This document shows, one piece after another, positions 49,473 to 58,215 of a DNA stretch of 64,000 nt. The position numbers and the translations under genes were made by a program. This DNA comes from an uncultured Bacteroidales bacterium. Lineage in GTDB: Bacteria > Bacteroidota > Bacteroidia > Bacteroidales > JAADJA01. Every line of letters begins with the position of its first letter. The stretch's first letter is position 1. The DNA lies in NCBI GenBank assembly GCA_963749345.1, contig CAVVMO010000004.1, forward strand, positions 135,187 to 199,186, in the 5' to 3' direction. A model generated the notes under the pieces. The model saw only the letters and a program-made list of their open reading frames with translations. It made no database searches and was not told where the DNA came from.

Positions 49473-52430
49473 ATGAGGAAAATTTTACCTTTGATTTTAG
49501 TTTGTGTGCTCGGATTTTCAGGTTTAATTCTGATTGCACAGGATGGACCCATCGGTCCATCTATTATTGGAACCGGTAAGTACTTTGGTTTAACACCACC
49601 ATTAAGCGAATTACCAACCATCAGCCTTGATGAGTTCGCCCAGATGGCTCTGGATGCGGACAAAAAGAGAAATGAGGAACTCAGAGTAAGAGAGTATCCT
49701 TACGCTGAAACAGCCCTTCCAAAAGGCCCCGATGAAGCATGGCAAAAAATGATGGGAACTTATGAAGGAATGAAAGCTCCTATTGTAAATTTTGATGGCC
49801 AAACTTCACCTTATTATCCACCTGATGATAATGGAACCTCCGGGCCAAATCATTACATGCAAACCATTAACACTGTTTATGCCATTTACAGCAAAACAGG
49901 AGCATTGGTCGCAGGTCCAACCAATATGAATTTATTGTTTAGCGGTGTAACTGGAGCAACCTGCAATGATGGCGACCCTTTAGTTTTATATGATGAGCAG
50001 GCTGCAAGGTGGCTTGCCGTTGAATTTTCAATTTGTGGGGCAAATGACTACATGTTGGTAGCAGTATCTCAAACCAATGATCCGACCGGAAGTTGGCATA
50101 GGTATTCGTTTGATGTAGCTGATATGCCTGATTATGAAAAATTCGGTATCTGGCAGGATGGTTATTATATGGGTACTAATAATTCGACCGGAAATGACAT
50201 TTATGTCTTCCAGCGTTCACAAATGCTTGTTGGTGGAACTGCTCAAATGGTAGGTTTTAATAATGCATGGAGACCAACTACTATTGATGGGTTTATGTGT
50301 GTTCCCCCGATTGATAATGACGGCGCTTTTGCTCCGGCTGGTTCACCGGGATTATTTATCACCATGAATGATGATGCTATCGGCGGTGGTTCTGACCAAT
50401 TGTGGATTTACGAACTTGCTGTAAACTGGACCACACCTTCATCATCTACTTTTAACAGGGTTCAGACTTTGGCTGTAACAGCCTTTGACAGTAATTTTGG
50501 CGCGAACTGGGATAACATTAAACAGCCCGGAACCACCCGCGAACTTGATGCCATTCCGCAGGTTATTATGAATGCACCACAATACCGTAACTTAGGCACT
50601 TATCAAACAATAGTTTGCTGCCACACTGTGGATGTTGACAATACCGATCATGCCGGTATCCGCTGGTATGAATTGCGTAAAACTACAGGTACCTGGTCAG
50701 TACGTCAAACCGGAACCTATGCACCAGATGCCAATTCAAGATGGATGGGAAGTATCAGGCTAAACGGTTTCAATGAAATCGGTTTGGGTTACTCCGTATC
50801 AAGCACATCTGTTTATCCAAGTGTCAGATATGCAGGGCAATCATCAACTGCTTATACAACTGGTGCTGGAACACTTGATGTGGCTGAACAATCCATCCAG
50901 GCTGGCGCTTATTCGCAGACTTCCTATAACCGCTGGGGGGATTATTCGAGTATTGACGTTGACCCAACTGATGATAAGACTTTCTGGTATACAAATCAGT
51001 ACATGGGAAGCACGACTACGAAAAAAACCAAGATAGCCTCTTTCCAGATTTCTGCACCTACACCCTTGCCAGACCTGATTACTCAAAGTCCCACAGCAAG
51101 CCCGACATCTGTATTAGCTGGTGCAACTACAACTGCTTCCTGCACTGTTTACAACCAGGGTACCGCTTCAGCCGGAGCTTCAAACCTGAAATATTATCTT
51201 TCATCTAATGCAACTTATGAAACTGGTGATACTTACCTTGCTACTGATGCAGTTGTTTCTCTGGCAGCAAGCGGATCGGCATCTGTAAGTGAATTAGTCA
51301 CAATTCCTGCAGGAACACCAGCCGGCACCTGGTACATTCTTTTCTTTACTGATGCAGATTTGGTTGTTACTGAAAGCCTCGAAACCAATAATGTTGGTTA
51401 TGTGGCAATTTCTGTTACATCAGGTACAAGTCAGCCTGATCTCATTACACAAAGTCCTACTGCAAGTCCTACATCGGTTTTGGCCGGTTCGACCACTACT
51501 GCCTCAGTTACTGTAAGAAATCAGGGAACCGCTTCTGCCGGTGCTTCAAACCTGAAGTATTACTTATCGGCCAATACAACTTATGAGGTTAGTGATACAT
51601 ACCTTGCAACTGATGCAGTTGCAGCTTTAGCTGCCAGCGCAACAGTTGCGGTAAGCGAATTGGTAACTATACCCGCAGGAACCGCTGCCGGAACATGGTA
51701 TATTTTATTCTTTGCCGATGCCGATGCCGCAGTAGCTGAAAGCAATGAAACAAATAATGTGGGTTATGTTGCGATAACCGTAACTGTTTCTTCAACTGGA
51801 TGCAACAGTGCAACTCAGTACCCAAGCACTACACTCACCCCAACTACAGCATGGAAAACCCAGAATTCAGTTTGGGCAGGTGAGTATTGTGCATTCAATG
51901 TAACCAGTGGAAGAACTTACAACTTTTCGCTGTGTTCAACTGATGGGGCAAGCGCAACCTACGATTCAGAACTTACACTGAGGAATAAAGCTACGGATGC
52001 ATTCATCACTTATTCTGATGATTATTGTGGTGATGATGCAAAAATTATCTGGACAGCTACTTTTACGGGCGTAGTGAAGTTAGTCGTCACAAAATACAAT
52101 TGCTTAACCGGTACCACAAATACAAAAGTCAGGTACAGGTATACAGCAAAAGAGGCTGAGTTACCGAATGAGATAATGGGCCAGGATTTCAGTGTTTATC
52201 CGAATCCAACCAATTCAAATGTTTTTGTAACCGCTGCAACTGATTTCGAAGAAATAACAGAAATACAGGTTTATGATTCGAAGGGAGCAATTTTGCTAAC
52301 TCAAAAAGTAAATGATCCTACTGTCAGCGAAATTGAAATTGGCTTGGGTGAACTTCCTCAGGGAGTTTATTATATCCGTATTTTAGGTAGCAGTGCAAAC
52401 AGCAACCTGAAAGTGATGAAGACGAATTAG
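49473..52430 (+). CDS. T9SS type-A cargo protein with an unknown N-terminal domain and two CARDB-like repeats
   Basis: Signal peptide; PPDDNGTSGPNHYMQ…RWGDYSS domain; two PDLITQSP…ESxETNN repeats; CTD (VYPNPT…GVYYIRI…KVMK). A TATATTTG box is at 49419-49426. Confidence 0.88.
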   Translation: MRKILPLILVCVLGFSGLILIAQDGPIGPSIIGTGKYFGLTPPLSELPTISLDEFAQMALDADKKRNEELRVREYPYAETALPKGPDEAWQKMMGTYEGMKAPIVNFDGQTSPYYPPDDNGTSGPNHYMQTINTVYAIYSKTGALVAGPTNMNLLFSGVTGATCNDGDPLVLYDEQAARWLAVEFSICGANDYMLVAVSQTNDPTGSWHRYSFDVADMPDYEKFGIWQDGYYMGTNNSTGNDIYVFQRSQMLVGGTAQMVGFNNAWRPTTIDGFMCVPPIDNDGAFAPAGSPGLFITMNDDAIGGGSDQLWIYELAVNWTTPSSSTFNRVQTLAVTAFDSNFGANWDNIKQPGTTRELDAIPQVIMNAPQYRNLGTYQTIVCCHTVDVDNTDHAGIRWYELRKTTGTWSVRQTGTYAPDANSRWMGSIRLNGFNEIGLGYSVSSTSVYPSVRYAGQSSTAYTTGAGTLDVAEQSIQAGAYSQTSYNRWGDYSSIDVDPTDDKTFWYTNQYMGSTTTKKTKIASFQISAPTPLPDLITQSPTASPTSVLAGATTTASCTVYNQGTASAGASNLKYYLSSNATYETGDTYLATDAVVSLAASGSASVSELVTIPAGTPAGTWYILFFTDADLVVTESLETNNVGYVAISVTSGTSQPDLITQSPTASPTSVLAGSTTTASVTVRNQGTASAGASNLKYYLSANTTYEVSDTYLATDAVAALAASATVAVSELVTIPAGTAAGTWYILFFADADAAVAESNETNNVGYVAITVTVSSTGCNSATQYPSTTLTPTTAWKTQNSVWAGEYCAFNVTSGRTYNFSLCSTDGASATYDSELTLRNKATDAFITYSDDYCGDDAKIIWTATFTGVVKLVVTKYNCLTGTTNTKVRYRYTAKEAELPNEIMGQDFSVYPNPTNSNVFVTAATDFEEITEIQVYDSKGAILLTQKVNDPTVSEIEIGLGELPQGVYYIRILGSSANSNLKVMKTN
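51069..51786 (+). repeat. Tandem duplication of a 122-aa (366-bp) CARDB-like module
   Basis: Units start at 51069 and 51435; the protein copies are highly similar with many synonymous differences. Confidence 0.85.
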
Positions 52431-52447
52431 TAAGAATTTACTGGGTC

Positions 52448-52490
52448 AAATGAAAAGGCTGCATGATTATCGTGCAGCCTTTTTTCATTT
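52448..52490. terminator. Bidirectional intrinsic terminator
   Basis: AAAAGGCTGCA-loop-TGCAGCCTTTT between convergent genes. Confidence 0.85.
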
Positions 52491-52510
52491 TAAGCTGGTA
52501 TCTTGCTTCC

Positions 52511-53332
52511 TCAGAATTTAATCAGTGCTTTCTTCATCAATTCTGATTTATCTGCTGGATTGTCCGGATACTTATAGTTAAATACTGCACCTTCCCAATC
52601 CCCATACATGGCATTTGGCAAAACGATAAACCGGTTTCCGAATTCGTTTTTCAAACTATCTGTCATTTCAAATCTTTCAGGGATTAATTTCTTTTCGAAA
52701 ACTTCAGAAAAATCATTCAGGTTGTCGCCGATAAGCAAAACGATCCAGTGGGTTCCTGCAATTTTTTCCCTTCGCGCCTTTTTACTTGACTCATCCGTTT
52801 GGAGCAGCAGGTGGTCATTATCAGCATCAGGAAATCCAATCGAAATTAGATTGTTTAGGGTAGCTTCCCTTAACTTTTCCTTGCGATTGGAAATATAAAA
52901 TATGTTAACCCCTTGTGCAGCGGCATTTTGCAAAAATTCAAGTGCGCCCGGCACCGGTTTGGCGCTGGCTTTTATCACCCATTCATCCCAGAATGCAGGA
53001 TAATTGACAGCATCAAGAATACACGTTGCTTCATAAGGACTATTGTCGAGAACGGTTTCATCTATATCCACGATAATAGCTCGTTGCTTCATCATTCCCA
53101 TTGCTTTCGAACTTTGATCCAGTTTATATTTTGCAAAATTGAAAGCCTGGTAGCACAATGCACGATATTCAGCAGCCGTTTGCTGATAAAGTACAGCCAT
53201 CGTCAGATGATCGTTGGAATTGAACGAAGGTTCAGGGTCAGGGCTGCTGTTAAAGGCATTTGAATTTGAGCAATACTGAAAGCAAACCATGATCCCAACC
53301 GATAACAGGACTAATAAAAATAACTTTTTCAT
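52511..53332 (-). CDS. Class C acid phosphatase / 5'-nucleotidase, lipoprotein e(P4) family
   Basis: QQTAAEYRALCYQAFN, VDIDETVLDNSPY, YISNR, IGDNLNDF, LPNAMYGDWE. Confidence 0.92.
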   Translation of the reverse strand: MKKLFLLVLLSVGIMVCFQYCSNSNAFNSSPDPEPSFNSNDHLTMAVLYQQTAAEYRALCYQAFNFAKYKLDQSSKAMGMMKQRAIIVDIDETVLDNSPYEATCILDAVNYPAFWDEWVIKASAKPVPGALEFLQNAAAQGVNIFYISNRKEKLREATLNNLISIGFPDADNDHLLLQTDESSKKARREKIAGTHWIVLLIGDNLNDFSEVFEKKLIPERFEMTDSLKNEFGNRFIVLPNAMYGDWEGAVFNYKYPDNPADKSELMKKALIKF

Positions 53333-53344
53333 AGTAAATAATTT

Positions 53345-53376
53345 AAAAAAAAGCCGGGTATTGATTTTTACCCGGC
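53345..53376 (-). terminator. Intrinsic terminator after nifJ
   Basis: GCCGGGTA/TACCCGGC stem followed by a U8 tract on the minus strand. Confidence 0.8.
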
Positions 53377-53401
53377 CATAAAAATAATGAAATATTAAAT
53401 T

Positions 53402-56400
53402 CTATTTTTGATAAACCATCTCCGCCATTCGCTTGTAACTTGCATACCGCCATTTTGCATTTTCTTCGGCAGCAGCAAATAATTCAGCTGCGTTTGCCGG
53501 GAAGGATTTCTTCAGTGAAGTGTACCTGACTTCCCTTCCCAAAAATTCCTGGAACTTGGTCCAGTCGGGATCTTTTGAGTCAAGAGTAAATGGATTCTTA
53601 CCTTCTTTTTCCAGCATCGGATTGTACCTGTATAAATGCCAGTAACCACATTCAACTGCAAGTTTTTCTTCTTCCTGAGTTTTGCTCATTCCATATTTCA
53701 AACCATGATTGATACAAGGTGCATAAGCAATGATCAATGACGGTCCCGGGTAAGCTTCTGCCTCGCGGATGGTCTTAAGCGTCTGTGACTGGCTTGCACC
53801 CATCGCAATCTGGGCCACGTAAACATATCCGTAGGTCATAGCCATAGCGCCAAGGTCTTTTTTTCTGATTTTCTTTCCTGAAGCTGCAAATTTAGCAACT
53901 GCACCAACCGGTGTAGATTTGGAAGCCTGACCACCTGTATTGGAATACACTTCAGTATCCAAAACCAGCACATTGATATCGTCACCTGATGCAAGCACGT
54001 GATCCAATCCGCCATAACCAATATCATATGCCCAACCATCTCCACCGATGACCCATACCGATTTCTTCGAAAAATATTGTTGCATTTTCAGAAGTTCTTT
54101 TGCAATCGGGTCTTTTTCTTTTTTCAGAGCAGGGACAAGTTTTAACGAAATATCATCAGACTTTTGCCCATCATTCATTGATGCAATCCATTCATTGAAC
54201 AGCTCTTTTGTTGCAGGAGAAACATTGCCATTCGCTGAATTCATTTTGGCAGCAACCCTTTTTCTGAGTTTATTAACGGCCGTTACCATACCAAAGCCAT
54301 ACTCAGCATTATCTTCGAAAAGTGAATTTGCCCAGGCTGGTCCCCTGCCGTTCTTTTTGCTGGGGCAGTATGGGGTGGAAGGAGCAGATCCACCATAGAT
54401 AGAAGAACATCCGGTTGCATTGGCAATCATCATACGCTCCCCAAAAAGCTGGGTAACCAATTTCACATACGGAGTTTCACCGCAACCCGCGCATGCTCCG
54501 GAAAATTCGAACAAGGGTTGAGCAAACTGGCTGTTTTTAACCGATTGGCTTTTATCTGCGATCGTATCTTTATAGGTAACAAAAGCATCCATATAATTCC
54601 AATTATCAGCTTCTTTCATCTGTGATGCAAGAGGTTTCATCACAAGTGATTTTTCCTTGGAAGGACACACTTCAACGCAGTTTCCGCAACCGGTGCAATC
54701 CAGCGGGCTCAACTGAATCCTGAACTGGTAGCCATCAAAGGTTTTTGGAATAGCCTTTAAAGTAGCTGTCCCTTTCAGTAATCCTTTCGCCTCTTTTTCA
54801 TCCAACAGGAAAGGCCTGATACAGGCATGAGGACAAACGTAGGAACACTGATTGCACTGAATGCAATTATCATGAATCCATTCCGGAACATTTACAGCGA
54901 TTCCACGCTTTTCATATGCCGTAGTTCCTGATGGGAGCGTTCCATCTTCCCTGCCGGCGAAAGCGCTAACAGGTAAAGTATCGCCCTTCAAAGTATTGAT
55001 AGGATCAAACACTTTTTTAATGAAATCCGGGACATCACGATTGTCCTTGCGCTCCGTAAGTTTTATTTTAGCCCATTCTTTTGGAACTTTTACCTTAAGA
55101 ATATCAGCACCCCTGTCGACAGCGGCATTATTCATGTTTACTACGATGTCGCCCTTCTTACCATAGGATTTGTAAATGGCTTTTTTCATGTAATTAACCG
55201 CATCTTCATAAGGAATAACCCCTGAAACTTTAAAGAATGCCGATTGCATGATGGTATTGGTCCGGTTACCTAATCCGATTTCCTGGGCAATTTTTGTAGC
55301 ATTGATGATATAAAAATTAATTTCATTCTCTGCCATGAACTTTTTCATATGGTCAGGCAGATTTTTCTTTGTTTCCTCCTCATCCCAAATGCTATTCAGC
55401 AGGAATGTGCCTCCTTTTTTTAATCCTTCCAGCATATCGTATTTTTCAAGATAAGCCGGAACATGGCAAGCTACAAAATCGGGTGTACTGACAAGGTAGG
55501 TTGAATTGATTGGTTTATCACCAAACCTTAAATGCGAGACTGTTATCCCTCCCGATTTCTTGGAATCGTAGGCAAAATATCCCTGGGCGTATTTATTGGT
55601 GTGATCACCAATGATCTTAATGGAGTTCTTATTTGCACCCACAGTGCCATCAGCTCCAAGGCCATAGAATTTACCTGAGTGAGTTCCCTTGGGTGTTACC
55701 CGAACCGGAGCAAGCAATGGCAAAGAGGAATTCTTTACATCGTCATTAATACTAATAGTGAAACTTTTTTTAGGCTCTTTCAATTTCAGGTTTTCATAAA
55801 CTGATATAATATGAGCCGGAGTGGTATCCTTCGAACTTAATCCGTAACGGCCACCAACAATGACCGGGGCATCTTTCTTTCCATAAAACAAATCACGAAC
55901 ATCAAGGTAAAGAGGTTCGCCATTGGCTCCGATTTCCTTCGTCCTGTCAAGCACAGCTATTTTTTTAACCGTTTTTGGAAAAACTTTCAGAAAATATTTT
56001 TCAGAAAATGGGCGGTAAAGATGAACTGCAATCAAACCTACTTTTTCTCCTTTTTCCATCAGGTAGTCAATCACCTCTTTGATGGTATTGGCAACCGAAC
56101 CCATTGCAACGATGATGTGCTCAGCATCTTTTGCTCCGTAATAATCAAAGGGATGGTATTCACGTCCGGTGATCTTTTTGATTTCCTTCATATAATCTTC
56201 AACTTCATCAGGAATATTATCGTAGAATTTAGTTCCTGCCTCACGTGCCTGGAAATAGATATCCGGGTTCTGAGCAGTTCCTCGTGTTACAGGATGTTCC
56301 GGGTTCAGGGCATTATCCCTGAATCGTTGTAATGCTTCATAATCGATCAGTTTTGCAAGGTCTTCCATTTGCATTTCTTCCACTTTCTGAACTTCGTGAG

Positions 56401-56935
56401 ACGTCCTGAATCCATCGAAGAAATGAAGGAATGGTACCCGGGTTTTGATTGCAGCGAGATGGGCAATCCCTGCAATATCCATAATTTCCTGAACACTGGA
56501 GGTTGCCAGCATAGCGAATCCGGCTTGCCGGGTGCTCATCACATCGCTGTGGTCACCAAAAATAGAAAGCGCATGCGCAGCAAGACTACGTGCACTTACG
56601 TGAAAAACAGCTGGCAATAACTCACCGGAAATTTTATACATATTTGGGATCATTAATAACAATCCCTGTGAAGCAGTATAGGTACTGGTTAAAGCACCAG
56701 CCTGTAAGGATCCGTGCACGGCGCCGGCAGCACCAGCTTCAGACTGCATTTCCCTGACATCCACGATCTCATTAAAAATATTTTTCTTTCCATTCGCAGC
56801 CCATTGGTCGACATTTTCAGCCATATCAGAAGAAGGAGTAATTGGATAAATACAAGCCACCTCACTGAACATATAAGCAATATGAGAGGTCGCCCAGTTC
56901 CCTTCGCAAGTAATAAATTTTTTCTCTTTAGCCAT
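53402..56935 (-). CDS. nifJ: Pyruvate:ferredoxin (flavodoxin) oxidoreductase
   Basis: YPITPSS, MQSEAGAAGAVHG, CIQCNQC..CP, CTGCGNC..CP, FSGACAGCGE, GGDGWAYDIG. Confidence 0.97.
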   Translation of the reverse strand: MAKEKKFITCEGNWATSHIAYMFSEVACIYPITPSSDMAENVDQWAANGKKNIFNEIVDVREMQSEAGAAGAVHGSLQAGALTSTYTASQGLLLMIPNMYKISGELLPAVFHVSARSLAAHALSIFGDHSDVMSTRQAGFAMLATSSVQEIMDIAGIAHLAAIKTRVPFLHFFDGFRTSHEVQKVEEMQMEDLAKLIDYEALQRFRDNALNPEHPVTRGTAQNPDIYFQAREAGTKFYDNIPDEVEDYMKEIKKITGREYHPFDYYGAKDAEHIIVAMGSVANTIKEVIDYLMEKGEKVGLIAVHLYRPFSEKYFLKVFPKTVKKIAVLDRTKEIGANGEPLYLDVRDLFYGKKDAPVIVGGRYGLSSKDTTPAHIISVYENLKLKEPKKSFTISINDDVKNSSLPLLAPVRVTPKGTHSGKFYGLGADGTVGANKNSIKIIGDHTNKYAQGYFAYDSKKSGGITVSHLRFGDKPINSTYLVSTPDFVACHVPAYLEKYDMLEGLKKGGTFLLNSIWDEEETKKNLPDHMKKFMAENEINFYIINATKIAQEIGLGNRTNTIMQSAFFKVSGVIPYEDAVNYMKKAIYKSYGKKGDIVVNMNNAAVDRGADILKVKVPKEWAKIKLTERKDNRDVPDFIKKVFDPINTLKGDTLPVSAFAGREDGTLPSGTTAYEKRGIAVNVPEWIHDNCIQCNQCSYVCPHACIRPFLLDEKEAKGLLKGTATLKAIPKTFDGYQFRIQLSPLDCTGCGNCVEVCPSKEKSLVMKPLASQMKEADNWNYMDAFVTYKDTIADKSQSVKNSQFAQPLFEFSGACAGCGETPYVKLVTQLFGERMMIANATGCSSIYGGSAPSTPYCPSKKNGRGPAWANSLFEDNAEYGFGMVTAVNKLRKRVAAKMNSANGNVSPATKELFNEWIASMNDGQKSDDISLKLVPALKKEKDPIAKELLKMQQYFSKKSVWVIGGDGWAYDIGYGGLDHVLASGDDINVLVLDTEVYSNTGGQASKSTPVGAVAKFAASGKKIRKKDLGAMAMTYGYVYVAQIAMGASQSQTLKTIREAEAYPGPSLIIAYAPCINHGLKYGMSKTQEEEKLAVECGYWHLYRYNPMLEKEGKNPFTLDSKDPDWTKFQEFLGREVRYTSLKKSFPANAAELFAAAEENAKWRYASYKRMAEMVYQK

Positions 56936-57173
56936 TGTATATTATTTTAAAATCTTAACTCTAAATCAGTTGTAATAAATTGCCATTTTTGGCGGTGGCG
57001 AAATTAGTAAATTATAATTACAACTTATTGACTGCTCCTTATTTAGAAGTAATTTAGATAACCATCCGGATGAAAAACCTATAGGAAATATTTTATACAT
57101 TTGCCCACCTTAATTTAAGATGATTATATGTCATTGATTTAATGATCACAGAATAAAGTTAAATTTGAATAAT

Positions 57174-58187
57174 ATGGTAAATCTCAAGACAAAGTATATG
57201 GGAATTGAATTGAAAAATCCCATTATCGTTGGAGCATCCAACCTGGTTACACATCCGGAAAACCTCAAAAGAATGGAAGCTGCAGGCGCTGCTGCTATTG
57301 TTTATAAATCATTATTTGAAGAACAAATTCAGCTCGAAAGCCTTCAGATATCGGAGCAGATGGGTGAGTTTGAAGAACGAAATGCTGAAATGACTTCAAT
57401 GTTCCCTGATATTGAACATGCAGGCCCCGAAGAATACCTGATGAACCTTACAAAAGCAGTTCAAAGTTTGAGTATTCCGGTCTTTGGAAGCTTAAACGCA
57501 ATTGATGAAGAGAATTGGGTCGACTATGCAAAAAAGATCGAAAAGACAGGTGTTGCCGGAATTGAGCTTAACTTTTACCATGTTCCTTCCGATTTTGAAA
57601 TTTCAGGAAGAGCGATCATCAATGAACAGCTCGATATAGTAAGGGCCATCCGTAAAGAGATTAAAATTCCAATGGCAATTAAACTTAGCCCTTATTATAC
57701 TAATCCATTATATGTTGTGAATGAAATGGATAAACTTGGTGCTAACGGGTTTGTATTATTCAACAGATTATTTCAGCCTGTAATTGATATTGACAAGGAA
57801 GAGATGCATTTTCCATATAACCTTAGCCAGCACGAAGACAATCGCTTTCCATTGCGTGTTACCGGAGTACTCTATGGTACAATCAAGGCGGATATTTGCA
57901 GCAGCAGGGGTATTTTTGACGGGAATGATGCAATTTCAATGATACTTGCCGGGGCAAATTGCGTCCAGGTAGTCAGTACTCTTTATAAAAATAAAATTGA
58001 ACAAATTAGTTCCATCCTTCAGGATATAGAGAAATGGATGAGCAAAAAGGGGTATAAAAAGCTGGATGATTTCAGAGGGAAAATGTCGAAGAAAAACAAC
58101 CATGATCCATTTGCTTACCGCAGAGCGCAATATGTTGACATCCTGATGAAATCGGAAGAGATATTTAAAAAGTATCCAACCATATAA
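57174..58187 (+). CDS. Dihydroorotate-dehydrogenase-like FMN protein (DHOD_like family)
   Basis: LKNPIIVGAS, KSLFEEQI, IELNFY, IKLSPYY, VLFNRLFQP, AGANCVQVVS. A TACATTTG box is at 57096-57103. Confidence 0.88.
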   Translation: MVNLKTKYMGIELKNPIIVGASNLVTHPENLKRMEAAGAAAIVYKSLFEEQIQLESLQISEQMGEFEERNAEMTSMFPDIEHAGPEEYLMNLTKAVQSLSIPVFGSLNAIDEENWVDYAKKIEKTGVAGIELNFYHVPSDFEISGRAIINEQLDIVRAIRKEIKIPMAIKLSPYYTNPLYVVNEMDKLGANGFVLFNRLFQPVIDIDKEEMHFPYNLSQHEDNRFPLRVTGVLYGTIKADICSSRGIFDGNDAISMILAGANCVQVVSTLYKNKIEQISSILQDIEKWMSKKGYKKLDDFRGKMSKKNNHDPFAYRRAQYVDILMKSEEIFKKYPTI

Positions 58188-58189
58188 TA

Positions 58190-58215
58190 AAAAAAGCGGC
58201 ATAAGCCGCTTTTTT
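58190..58215. terminator. Bidirectional intrinsic terminator
   Basis: AAAAAAGCGGC-ataa-GCCGCTTTTTT between convergent genes. Confidence 0.85.

Noticed and set aside
51069-51786. Direct repeat as a DGR template/variable repeat pair or CRISPR-like array
   Set aside because: Both copies are in-frame protein domains with mostly synonymous differences that are not adenine-specific, and there is no reverse transcriptase or cas gene.
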